A stretch of 48,658 nucleotides of DNA from contig JAZDJU010000059.1 of the NCBI GenBank assembly GCA_043803685.1, positions 1-48,658 of the forward strand. Reading direction: 5' to 3'. Under the pieces are notes generated by a model that worked only from the letters and a program-made list of their open reading frames with translations, made no database searches and was not told where the DNA came from. Numbering within the stretch: the stretch's first letter is position 1; each line of letters starts with the position of its first letter. Made by a program: the position numbers and the translations under genes. This stretch comes from Candidatus Omnitrophota bacterium. Lineage in GTDB: Bacteria > Omnitrophota > Omnitrophia > Omnitrophales > Aquincolibacteriaceae. Positions 48,388 to 48,658 of this stretch are shown piece by piece.

Positions 48388-48574
48388 AGTAGCACCTCGG
48401 CATTAATTTAATCTGCCGCATTGTACCATAACCCGAACTGCGGTCCCAATATCTATCATCCCTTATCATCCCGGCCGTTACTTAGGCGGGATGGGGCTGC
48501 CCAAGCTGCCCTTCGAGAAAAGAAACGAAAAGCTTGGACTAGCCCATTTAACCTTAAATTTCTTGAAAGAGAAA

Positions 48575-48592
48575 TGGACCTGAGGAGAGTCG
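48575..48592 (-). other. Possible tRNA-Ala 3'-end fragment (att-site remnant)
   Basis: The minus strand reads CGACT-CTCCT-CAGGTCC-A, fitting T-loop end, T-stem 3' arm, acceptor 3' arm (T at position 70) and discriminator A. The 5' part of a tRNA is missing. Confidence 0.3.
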
Positions 48593-48658
48593 GAGACGTG
48601 GCCGCTCAAAAGCCCGACAACGGAACGCCCACCTCACATACACCAACACATCGGAACA

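Noticed and set aside
48592..48658. GGAGACGTGGCCG resembling a tRNA-Ser 5' end
   Set aside because: The following sequence gives no D-loop or cloverleaf.

Overview
Two co-oriented giant minus-strand genes fill about 92% of the window. Giant gene A starts at 30319 and runs off the left edge without a stop (at least 10,106 codons), which is why the ORF track omits it. Giant gene B is 32752..46914 (4720 aa). Both start with a signal-peptide-like segment and a paralogous ~550-aa domain with TraB/Tiki/EreA-ChaN-like motifs. Both continue as strings of modules separated by the pentapeptide R-S-E-[VMIA]-R (18 copies, synonymous codons vary). By manual translation, gene A carries membrane segments, two peptidoglycan-binding-like repeats, three tandem TolC-like protomers (a possible single-chain outer-membrane channel), an eroded OpgH-like GT2 synthase, a ~3.3-kb tandem duplication of a nucleotidyltransferase-like module bounded by RSEMR, a NAGPA-like domain and another nucleotidyltransferase. 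Gene B carries permuted HAD units, GlmU-like, YvcK/CofD-like, DUF218, HExxH and HEAT modules, plus three in-frame heptamer palindromic insertions. An AbiE-like pair, nested palindromic repeats, an orphan hicB with an ACG start and a HEPN-MNT pair lie between and beside the giants. The style resembles Candidatus Omnitrophota giant proteins (inference). All domain calls come from by-eye motif recognition, not database searches.
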